DNA of 64,000 nucleotides from a virus, in IMG/VR virus record IMGVR_UViG_3300045988_181536, positions 110,314-174,313 of that record; one strand, given 5' to 3'. The notes under the pieces are model-generated. The model was not told the DNA's origin. It did no database searches and saw nothing but the letters and a program-made list of their open reading frames with translations. A program made the translations under genes and the position numbers. Shown here piece by piece: positions 49,368 to 57,613 of the stretch. How positions within the stretch are numbered: position 1 is the stretch's first letter; each line of letters starts with the position of its first letter.

Positions 49368-49851
49368 ACTAACTGAGGCCCAATTAAATAAAGTTAAGTG
49401 TATCGTTGAGTCAAAGGCATATCAAGGAAGTTTAAGTTTTACTAAAAAAGGGGTTACACCTAAGGATAAAAGATTTAATAGATATGCGAAACAATTGTTA
49501 AAACGAGGGTTTGACGATTCAGAAACTTGGGACTTGGGATCAGCTATGGCAAGATGGTTAATTCCAAGGCTAAAAAGGTTTAAGAAGTTAAATGTGGGAT
49601 ACCCTGGCATATTTGCTAAGTATAAAGACGGGTATGAGAAATGGAATAAAATTATAGACGAAATTCTTTGGATGTTAGAAGAAAAAGTGACTGAAAAAGA
49701 AGAAAACGATCTGTTTTATCAGTACAATAAACTTCCGCTTGCAGAGCGCCCAAGTTCTTTGGGTGAATGGGAAGAATGGAAGAAATATGAAAAACGTATG
49801 AATAAAGCTAAAAAATTATTTGGCGAATTTTGGCCACATTTTTGGTGGTAG
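49357..49851 (+). CDS. hypothetical protein
   Basis: 164-aa ORF with a Trp-rich C-terminus. Confidence 0.3.
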   Translation: MTNKLTEAQLNKVKCIVESKAYQGSLSFTKKGVTPKDKRFNRYAKQLLKRGFDDSETWDLGSAMARWLIPRLKRFKKLNVGYPGIFAKYKDGYEKWNKIIDEILWMLEEKVTEKEENDLFYQYNKLPLAERPSSLGEWEEWKKYEKRMNKAKKLFGEFWPHFWW

Positions 49852-49865
49852 TAGGGAAGCTTATT

Positions 49866-50831
49866 ATGAATAACAGAGCAAAATATAATGTTTGTGCGAT
49901 ATCAGACATACATTTTTTAGATTTATTTTGTGGTAAATTTTCTTCTTATGTAGACCCTAATATAGATCTTGTGCTTATTGCTGGGGACATAGCCGACAGT
50001 TATGTCCCCAGCAATGATAAAATTATTATAGATACGAAAATGTGCATGAATAAAGTATATCTTGACAGTTCATTATCTATAGATGAATGCATTATAAAAA
50101 TTGATCAACTGAAAAATAAATTTGACAAATATTGCTTAAAGCGTTCCGCGCATCATGTAGCTAACTTTCTTTATGATCAGGTATTTAAAATGTTCCCAAA
50201 TGCCCAGTTTGTATGTGCGATACGAGGCAATCATGACCGTTATTCTTGGAAAGATGTTAAGGCTCAAAGTAAAAATTATGCTAAAACCGCAGATAAGGTG
50301 AAATTGTTAGAAGGTACGGGTTTTATAACTTTACCTATGACAAAATTAAATAAAGGTGATAATCTTTCCATCTTTTATAGTGAAATTGTCAGCACCGATA
50401 AAACCTTTTTAAATGTGCAGCAAAATGAAAAAGTTAAAAATCGCATGACAACGGATGATAACTTTTTAAAGGCTTTGCAAAAAACTTGCCGTAAAAATAA
50501 AGATATAATGCCGGATATTGTTTTAACACATATGCCGCCGTATAATATCATTTCTTCTAAAGTTTACACGCCATTGGGTGATTTTAGTACTGATATTGGT
50601 TCAAAGGCATTAAGGTATGCAATAGATTTTGAATTTAATGAAACACCGGTTTTTGTTTTCGGGCATTGTCATAAAGGTTTTACTGATGATAGAACGTATG
50701 AAGAGAAAAATGCTAATTCCGGCATAATGCAGTCATTTTATAATGCGTCGATAGTTTCGGATGATATGGCTTTAACATTTAATCATCAAAAATTTGCAGA
50801 GTTTATAACATTTACCTTAGGCACTTACTGA
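49866..50831 (+). CDS. calcineurin-like metallophosphoesterase
   Basis: VCAISDIHF, LIAGDIADS and IRGNHDRY in canonical order. The ATG at 49866 is preferred over the listed TTG at 49830. Its stop overlaps the next start (tgATG). Confidence 0.55.
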   Translation: MNNRAKYNVCAISDIHFLDLFCGKFSSYVDPNIDLVLIAGDIADSYVPSNDKIIIDTKMCMNKVYLDSSLSIDECIIKIDQLKNKFDKYCLKRSAHHVANFLYDQVFKMFPNAQFVCAIRGNHDRYSWKDVKAQSKNYAKTADKVKLLEGTGFITLPMTKLNKGDNLSIFYSEIVSTDKTFLNVQQNEKVKNRMTTDDNFLKALQKTCRKNKDIMPDIVLTHMPPYNIISSKVYTPLGDFSTDIGSKALRYAIDFEFNETPVFVFGHCHKGFTDDRTYEEKNANSGIMQSFYNASIVSDDMALTFNHQKFAEFITFTLGTY

Positions 50832-51424
50832 TGCACTTAGACACTCAACCTGATTTTAAAAATACATTTAAGTATCAAACTATACAGTATTTATGGGAAT
50901 TAAATGCAGTTTATTCTACCGATCAACTGAATAGAGTGCAAATTGTTACTCCAAAATCTTTGAAATATTTAAGAAAAAGTTTGCGTCCCTGGTTTGGCTT
51001 CAGAAACTATTTTCCTCCTATATGGAAAGACGGTCATCCGGACCTAAAGTTTAATGGATCACGCATATATCCCGAAAGTAAGCATAAAGAATTGCAGAAG
51101 GAATTAGTTGGTTATGTTACTGACATATTTGCCGTAAATAATAAAATATTTGTTAAATGCGCTTATAATGATGCAGGTAAGAAATTGTTAAAACGATTTC
51201 CTTCGTTTGGATCTAAAGCATCTGCAAGACAAACTAAGCGGTTTTCGCCGTTATGGTTGATTCAGGTTACAAATAATCCTGTTGATCTTTTGGAAATTGC
51301 AATAAATTTACCGTATAGTTGTCCTATATCTGAAATAGCCTTACCTAGGCAGTTATTATCTTTAGCTATTAGCACAGTAGAAAAAGTACGATATAAAGAT
51401 AGCGGACAAATTGTTGTTAAATAA
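50831..51424 (+). CDS. hypothetical protein
   Basis: 197-aa ORF between two phosphoesterase paralogs and translationally coupled to the upstream one. Confidence 0.3.
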   Translation: MHLDTQPDFKNTFKYQTIQYLWELNAVYSTDQLNRVQIVTPKSLKYLRKSLRPWFGFRNYFPPIWKDGHPDLKFNGSRIYPESKHKELQKELVGYVTDIFAVNNKIFVKCAYNDAGKKLLKRFPSFGSKASARQTKRFSPLWLIQVTNNPVDLLEIAINLPYSCPISEIALPRQLLSLAISTVEKVRYKDSGQIVVK

Positions 51425-51437
51425 CAAATTAAAAATT

Positions 51438-52445
51438 ATGGAAATAATTTACCCATTTTCTATCCAATATGCATCAGATCTACATTTAGAATTTGATGAT
51501 AACAAAGATTATTTAAAACAAAATCCCTTAATACCCTCAGCTGATATTTTAATATTGGCGGGTGACATAAATTATCTGTCCAATTATACAAGTGAGTTTA
51601 TGCTGGATTGGTTTAAAGCCCTTTCCAAGCAATTTAAAGAAATTATTATAGTCCCCGGAAATCACGAGTATTATTTAAGTTATGAGGATGAAGAAGAGCT
51701 TACAATGAACCTGCTTCATCAGAAAGCCAAGTCAAGTTATCCAAGATTACGATTTTCCATGGTTGCGGATACATTGGGATGGGCAAATTCCTTGTCTGTT
51801 ACTGAGAGCATATTTGCTGCAAACGGCATTTATAACATTAGGTTTCTTAATAATACCGTCGCAGAATATACGAAAAAATCTTGCGAATTTTTTAATAAAA
51901 ATTCTTCTTTTAATAAAGTAAATATCATTTGCTCAACCCTTTGGTCAGACATTGATATTCCGACCATTGAAGCGTCGAAATATTATATGAATGATTGGGA
52001 GTGCAGATATGATGAGAATCTAAAATTAACGCCGAAAGTGATAAAGCCTATATTTTGGGTTAGTCAGTCATTTATATGTCATAAACTAATCCAGGAATCT
52101 TCTTGGGATGTAAATCTCGACTGCATTAACATTGTTGTAACGCATCATGCACCACTTTTAAAATGCGTTAAATTTAATAAAAATAAGAAAAGTGTTCTAA
52201 AGTCTTGTTACGCCAGTGCTTTAGATAGTTATGGATTTTTTAACAAAACCATTGATGGCAAACAAATAGCGCCGCAATTTTGGATTTATGGTCATAGTCA
52301 TTATGAGCCTGAGTATAAAGAACTTTATGATTTCACTGTAAAGAATAAACGTGGCAATGCTATTACCAGGATTGTAAAAAACCCCGTTGGTTATGTGCAT
52401 GCCAACCATCATATTCATTTTAATCCCTCAAAAATTTTATTTTAA
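51438..52445 (+). CDS. calcineurin-like metallophosphoesterase (paralog of 49866..50831)
   Basis: ASDLHLEFDD, ILAGDINYL and VPGNHEYY. The ATG at 51438 is preferred over the listed TTG at 51411. Confidence 0.55.
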   Translation: MEIIYPFSIQYASDLHLEFDDNKDYLKQNPLIPSADILILAGDINYLSNYTSEFMLDWFKALSKQFKEIIIVPGNHEYYLSYEDEEELTMNLLHQKAKSSYPRLRFSMVADTLGWANSLSVTESIFAANGIYNIRFLNNTVAEYTKKSCEFFNKNSSFNKVNIICSTLWSDIDIPTIEASKYYMNDWECRYDENLKLTPKVIKPIFWVSQSFICHKLIQESSWDVNLDCINIVVTHHAPLLKCVKFNKNKKSVLKSCYASALDSYGFFNKTIDGKQIAPQFWIYGHSHYEPEYKELYDFTVKNKRGNAITRIVKNPVGYVHANHHIHFNPSKILF

Positions 52446-52461
52446 CCCGGAAAGGAAACTT

Positions 52462-52791
52462 ATGGAAAATACCACTGAAAATACAAAATCAAATAATCTT
52501 ATGAACTTTGGTCAAGCGATTGAAGCTCTCAACAGGGGAGAAAAGGTGTCTCGCAAGGGATGGAACGGAAAGGGAATGTATCTCTGGAAGAAGCCGGCTT
52601 TTGAAATCACCCCCGAAATATGCTCCGACCCAAAGCTTAAACAGGCCGTTATCGACAACGGGGGAAAGCTTCTCGGGCTGCCGACAATCTGCATGTACAC
52701 GCATGATTCGACCGGACGCAAGGCGGTTTTGACCGGATGGCTGGCCAGCCAATCGGATATATTCGCCGAAGATTGGGAATTAGTTGATTAA
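52462..52791 (+). CDS. DUF2829-like (Tad2-like) small protein
   Basis: MNFGQAIEALNRGEKVSRKGWNGKGMYLW is characteristic of the DUF2829 family, to which the Thoeris anti-defence protein Tad2 belongs. The gene is conspicuously GC-rich against the AT-rich background. The real start is the ATG at 52462, after an aaggaaa RBS. Confidence 0.5.
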   Translation: MENTTENTKSNNLMNFGQAIEALNRGEKVSRKGWNGKGMYLWKKPAFEITPEICSDPKLKQAVIDNGGKLLGLPTICMYTHDSTGRKAVLTGWLASQSDIFAEDWELVD

Positions 52792-52990
52792 AGATCAAAT
52801 AATCCTTGACGATTTATTTTTCTTAGTGCAGTTTAAAAAGTGAAAAATATTTTATTTTTATACGAGATTTATAGGTTAATAAAATTTTAATATTTTAGTA
52901 TAACTTATTTATGACCGTATATTTATAAAATATTTTCACTTAAAATATTACATATAAGTAAATTAAGCATTAAAAAAACAGATTTTATAT

Positions 52991-53365
52991 ATGCCAAACG
53001 AAACATCAAATACACAAGATTCTGATATAAATGAAGTTACGGATTTTTCTCAAGAATTTTCCGAAGTTGAAGTCGTAAAAGATGATTCTAACGTTGAAGT
53101 AAGTGACAGTGAAATAAAAGAAATTAATGATGAGTTAAAAGAAGCGATTAGTGAAGATCAAGAAGTATTTGAAGAACTTGCTGATGAAGATAAAGAAGAG
53201 TTAAAAGACCCTGATGCTTCAGAGGAAGAATCATCTATTCCTGTAGAAAATAACAGTGATAGTGTAGTAATAAATAAACCTGTAAGTGCATATGATAACG
53301 AATCAAAGTTTCCTTATGCGATTCCTGATGCTACATTAAATACGTGTCCTGCCAAAGGTTATTAA
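52991..53365 (+). CDS. hyperacidic protein (about 40% D/E)
   Basis: 124 aa dominated by E/D/S (EVEVVKDDSNVEVSDSEIKEINDELKEAISEDQEVFEELADEDKEELKD). Preceded by a 190-bp AT-rich promoter-like region and followed by a strong terminator. Confidence 0.45.
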   Translation: MPNETSNTQDSDINEVTDFSQEFSEVEVVKDDSNVEVSDSEIKEINDELKEAISEDQEVFEELADEDKEELKDPDASEEESSIPVENNSDSVVINKPVSAYDNESKFPYAIPDATLNTCPAKGY

Positions 53366-53394
53366 ATAAAACTATATTTTTATATCTATATAAT

Positions 53395-53440
53395 AAACGC
53401 CCATTTAGGTTTATGCCTTTTTGGGCGTTTATTTATTTTA
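53395..53440 (+). terminator. rho-independent terminator
   Basis: Stem aaacgccca/tgggcgttt, loop tttaggtttatgccttt, then atttatttta. Confidence 0.6.
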
Positions 53441-53554
53441 TAAGCGAAAAAATAAACTAAATTGAGGTATATATTATTAAGAAAGAATATTTATCTACAG
53501 CTAGACATTTCGCATATTCTGTGCGAAATGGGAAATTTAGATGTAGATAAATAA

Positions 53555-54076
53555 ATGATTACTATGGAAAAAGTTGTATATGGAAATCCCACAATTGAAG
53601 GCAAAGTGATGGACAACGTAAGCGTCAACCACGACGCTTACGTTGGACCTAACGCAGTCGTCAAGGGAAATGCGTACGTGCGTGATGGTGCACGCATAGA
53701 GGGCAATGCCGTCGTGGATGGCAACGCCGAAATCCACGATGCCGCTACAATAAAGGGAAATGCCGTCGTTGATGGCAACGCCCGCGTGGGTGGGAATTTC
53801 ATCGTGGGCGGCCACGCCCACGTAGGAGGGGAAGCCTCTCTAAGTGGGGAAGGTTCCGTAGGCGGTTTCGCCGACATCAACTCTGACGACGACTACGTCG
53901 TTATACATGGGCTGACCCCCCACCCGTTGACGGTGTACAAATCCTCCGTGTGGGGGTTTGAGGTTTCCATCCAGGGGCAGTGGGAGACATCGATTGAGAA
54001 TTTCCTGGAACTCGAAAGATTTCCAGGAAATGTAAAGAAAATTATCGAGCTCATAGCTCAAAAATGGAAAAAATAA
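53555..54076 (+). CDS. repeat protein with GNAxVxDGxA-type deca/icosapeptide repeats (beta-helix-like), GC-rich gene
   Basis: VKGNAYVRDGARIEGNAVVDGNAEIHDAATIKGNAVVDGNARVGGNFIVGGHAHVGGEASLSGEGSVGG. Tandem repeats of about 30 nt are visible at the DNA level. GC content is far above the flanks. Confidence 0.45.
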   Translation: MITMEKVVYGNPTIEGKVMDNVSVNHDAYVGPNAVVKGNAYVRDGARIEGNAVVDGNAEIHDAATIKGNAVVDGNARVGGNFIVGGHAHVGGEASLSGEGSVGGFADINSDDDYVVIHGLTPHPLTVYKSSVWGFEVSIQGQWETSIENFLELERFPGNVKKIIELIAQKWKK

Positions 54077-54090
54077 AATAGCCCCACAAT

Positions 54091-54130
54091 ACACAACCGG
54101 TGGAAATCCACCGGTTGTGTATTTTTTTTT
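54091..54130 (+). terminator. rho-independent terminator
   Basis: Perfect 13-bp stem acacaaccggtgg/ccaccggttgtgt, loop aaat, then a run of 9 T. Confidence 0.7.
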
Positions 54131-54201
54131 AGCTATAACACCTTGCTCACCTAAAAAATAAATCCTTGAATTTAACTCTTAAATAAGCGAATATACAATA
54201 C

Positions 54202-57200
54202 ATGTCATCTTCGAATATAAACGACTTAAGCGCATCAAATAATCCTAAAGAAATTATGGCTAAAAAAAATAAGCTTATTCCGGTATTAAAACGCGGAGTA
54301 ATAACAGAAGAACCGGATGATATTGAAAAGGTTAGATATGAGTTCGTGTCTCCAAATCAATTCTTTGGCAATACATTAAATTTATTACCAATGCAAAATT
54401 CCGTTACTGCTGCAAGGGCGTTTTATGAGCATAAGTTTATTACTCAAGCCTTGCCTATTAAAGACGGCGAATCCCCTAATGTGCAATCTTTAAAAAATGC
54501 GGATAATAACGAGTCATATGAGGATTATTTAGGCAAAAAAACCGGTGTTATTTCATTGGATGACGACGATAATTCTGCTGATATTTTGGAAGTGACGCCG
54601 GATTATATTAAATATAAAAACGATAAAGGCGAAACTAAGACTAAGAATTTATATAACAATTTTGCCTTTAATCGTAAAACCATGCTTACTAATTATCCTT
54701 TGGTAAAAGCGGGTGACAAAATAAGCAGGGATAAATCCAAAAATCCGCCTATTTTGGCTAAAACCAACTTTACTGATAATAACGGCACTTTAAATATGGG
54801 CCTAAATGCCAGAGTGGGATTTGTGCCGTATAAGGGATGGTCCATGGATGATGCCGTGGTGATATCGGAAGATTTTGCTAAAAAGATGACTTCGCAACAT
54901 ATGTATCAATATAGCGAAGCTAATGACAGCAAGGATATAAAAACAGGCAAAGACCATTTTAAAGCTTTTTATCCGGATAAGTTTAACAAGGAACAGATGG
55001 ATAAAATAGACGATAATGGCGTTATTAAAGCAGGCACTGTGGTGAATCCCGGTGATCCATTAATCGTATCCACACGTTCCAGGGTTGTGTCCTCTAATGA
55101 TGCTAATTTAGGTAGATTATCCAAGTATTTAAAAACAACGCGATTGGACTCATCCCAAGTATGGGATCATAATACTCCGGGTGTCGTAACTGATGTTGTC
55201 AAAACAAATGACGGATATAAGGTTAACGTTGAGACTTTTGCGCCTATGCAAGAGGGGGATAAGATGTGCTATCACCCCGATACTGAAGTATTCACGGAAG
55301 ACGGATGGAAGAATATAACTGAGGTTAAATTGGGCGACAAAGTTGTTGCTTTAACCACAGATTTATCAGGAAAACCGAGCGGATATAAGCTTTCAGATGT
55401 AATAGAAATACATAAATATAAATTAAATAATGATACTTTATATGGTTATGAAGATGAGCATGTTGCTCAGTTAGTTACTGGAAATCATAATTGCGCTATT
55501 AATTGTTTAGACAAGTTGACCTATGAAACTGCAAATCTTTTATCTTATTCCTCAAAAGATGAACAGTTTATTTCTGTAAGTCCTGATTTTGATTTAAATA
55601 ATGGGAATGATTTAAAGTATACGTTTATAAATAAAAACAATGTATATAAAGCATATGATTATTCCGGAGAGGTAATAGGCATAGGAGTTAACGCTTTTTC
55701 GCATATTATTTTAACGAGATATCATAATAAACCTATATTCTCGGGCAACTCAAGTCGCTCCGGTAATAAGTTAACTGTATCCCATATTTTACCGCAAAAT
55801 GAAATGCCGAGAACAAAAGACGGCAAACCGTTAGATGTATTATTTAATCAGTTGGGTTTGGTGTCTCGAGTTAATGCCAATATGATGTATGAAGCTATGC
55901 TTGGGAAGGTTGCCGAGAAAACGGGTAAAAAATATAAATTGCCGACCTTTAATAAAAATAGCGAAAAATGGTATGATTTTGTCGAAAACGAATTAAAGAA
56001 AAATAACTTGTCTGATGTCGAACCCGTTTATGATCCAGTAATTGATAGAGACTTAGACCAACCTATTGCTGTAGGCAATGCTTATTTTCTTAAACTGCAT
56101 CATACGTCTGACTCCAAACTTTCCTCAAGGGGTCAGGGCATTTATGACCAAAATGAAATGCCTGTAAAGGGCGGGGAAGAAGGCATGAAAAGTAAAAGAC
56201 ACAGCAACTTGGAGAGTAATGCGATTTTATCTTCCGGTGCATATAACGTAATTAAAGACGCAATACATTTAAGGGGACAACGCAATGATGATTATTGGCG
56301 TAAGGTTCGTATGGGGCAGACGCCATCATTAGCCAAAAAATCGCCTTTTATCTGGGATAAGTATATTGCTTTAATGCAAGGCGCAGGAATAAATGCAAAA
56401 CGCGCTGATAATGGCGATTCGATTCAAGCCACACCTTTTACAGATAAGGACTTTGCATTATTTAACCCTGTTGAAATAAAAAATGACGGCATTATAGACT
56501 TTAAAAATATGAAACCTATTTCCGGCGGATTATTTGATCCTGCTTTAACTGTCGGCAACAGATGGGGAAAAATTACATTAGATAGGCCTTATCCTAATCC
56601 TGCATTTGAAGATACGATAATATCTTTATTAGGACTTAAAAGGTCTACGTTTAATGATATATTAGCCGGAAAAGAATCATTGCTTAAATACGGCACCGGA
56701 ACCAAGGCTATATATAATGCATTGTCGGATATAGACATAGACAAAGATTTAGAACAGGCAAAACAAGATTTTAAATATGGACCAAAATCTAAAAAGCAAC
56801 AGGCACTAAATCGTATAATGGCTTTAGACGGATTAAAAAATAACCGTATGAAGCCTGAAGAATTTATGATTACGAAGGTGCCTGTTATACCACCTAAATT
56901 CAGGCCTTATTCTGTTATGGGTAAAGATACTTTCTTGCCTGGGGATGCAAACGAGCTATATCAAGATGTAATTAACATGGCGCATACCCAGGGCGAGATA
57001 TTGCAAGAATTAGGCCCCGATGAAGCAGATAAAAATGTGCCTAATGTTTATAAATCTTTAAAAGCTTTGTATGGTTACGGAGAGCCTGCAAGTCGCAAAT
57101 TAAAGCAAAGAGGAGTATCAGGATTTTTACAAAAACTTATCGGGGGAACTTCTAAGTTTTCGCAATGGAATAGGAATATCATAAGCAAGCCCGTGGATTT

Positions 57201-57582
57201 TTCTGCGAGAGGCGTAATCGATGCAAATCCCGAGATTTCTATGGATGAGCTTGGTATTCCTTATGAAATGGGTTTTGAGATTTATTCGCCATATATTCAG
57301 CGAGAGCTTGTAAAAAGAGGCCTTTCACCAAAAGATGCGTTACAGAATATTAAAGACCAGACAAAAATGGCAAAAGATGCGTTGCAGACTGTGGTGGATG
57401 GAGGCAGATGGATTACTGCAAGTAGGGCACCGGCGTGGCATAAGTTCAATGTACTTGGCTTTAAACCTGTGTTTCATGAGGGCAAGAATATATTGCTTCC
57501 GCCTGTGGTGAGCTCTGGATTAGGGGCTGATTTTGACGGCGACTGCCAATGGGGGCACGTGTTCCTGTTAACTAAGTCTTGA
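54202..57582 (+). CDS. RNA polymerase beta C-terminal portion fused to beta' N-terminal portion (through the DFDGD active site), containing a mini-intein
   Basis: LNARVGFVPYKGWSMDDAVVISEDF aligns to beta [25 protein letters not shown]. GDKM | intein | SSRSGNKLTVSHILP..DVLFNQLGLVSR aligns to beta GDKMAGRHGNKGVISKINP..DIVLNPLGVPSR. Beta' motifs follow: PPKFRP, DFSARG, RAPAWHKF, and the catalytic GADFDGD 13 residues before the stop. Confidence 0.8.
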   Translation: MSSSNINDLSASNNPKEIMAKKNKLIPVLKRGVITEEPDDIEKVRYEFVSPNQFFGNTLNLLPMQNSVTAARAFYEHKFITQALPIKDGESPNVQSLKNADNNESYEDYLGKKTGVISLDDDDNSADILEVTPDYIKYKNDKGETKTKNLYNNFAFNRKTMLTNYPLVKAGDKISRDKSKNPPILAKTNFTDNNGTLNMGLNARVGFVPYKGWSMDDAVVISEDFAKKMTSQHMYQYSEANDSKDIKTGKDHFKAFYPDKFNKEQMDKIDDNGVIKAGTVVNPGDPLIVSTRSRVVSSNDANLGRLSKYLKTTRLDSSQVWDHNTPGVVTDVVKTNDGYKVNVETFAPMQEGDKMCYHPDTEVFTEDGWKNITEVKLGDKVVALTTDLSGKPSGYKLSDVIEIHKYKLNNDTLYGYEDEHVAQLVTGNHNCAINCLDKLTYETANLLSYSSKDEQFISVSPDFDLNNGNDLKYTFINKNNVYKAYDYSGEVIGIGVNAFSHIILTRYHNKPIFSGNSSRSGNKLTVSHILPQNEMPRTKDGKPLDVLFNQLGLVSRVNANMMYEAMLGKVAEKTGKKYKLPTFNKNSEKWYDFVENELKKNNLSDVEPVYDPVIDRDLDQPIAVGNAYFLKLHHTSDSKLSSRGQGIYDQNEMPVKGGEEGMKSKRHSNLESNAILSSGAYNVIKDAIHLRGQRNDDYWRKVRMGQTPSLAKKSPFIWDKYIALMQGAGINAKRADNGDSIQATPFTDKDFALFNPVEIKNDGIIDFKNMKPISGGLFDPALTVGNRWGKITLDRPYPNPAFEDTIISLLGLKRSTFNDILAGKESLLKYGTGTKAIYNALSDIDIDKDLEQAKQDFKYGPKSKKQQALNRIMALDGLKNNRMKPEEFMITKVPVIPPKFRPYSVMGKDTFLPGDANELYQDVINMAHTQGEILQELGPDEADKNVPNVYKSLKALYGYGEPASRKLKQRGVSGFLQKLIGGTSKFSQWNRNIISKPVDFSARGVIDANPEISMDELGIPYEMGFEIYSPYIQRELVKRGLSPKDALQNIKDQTKMAKDALQTVVDGGRWITASRAPAWHKFNVLGFKPVFHEGKNILLPPVVSSGLGADFDGDCQWGHVFLLTKS
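55267..55749 (+). other. mini-intein (161 aa) in the conserved beta GDKxxxRHGNKG motif
   Basis: Starts CYHPDTEV after GDKM. Block B is LVTGNHNCAI. Ends ..KPIFSGN followed by SSRSGNK. The terminal pair is Gly-Asn. Confidence 0.6.
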
Positions 57583-57613
57583 CAAAGTTTTCCATATTCT
57601 AATGATGTAGGGT

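Noticed and set aside
54121-54130. Poly-T runs (T9 at 54121, T13 at 61718) as programmed frameshift or slippery sites
   Set aside because: Both lie in intergenic DNA directly after perfect GC-rich stems, which is the classical intrinsic-terminator arrangement. No overlapping ORF pair requires a frameshift there.
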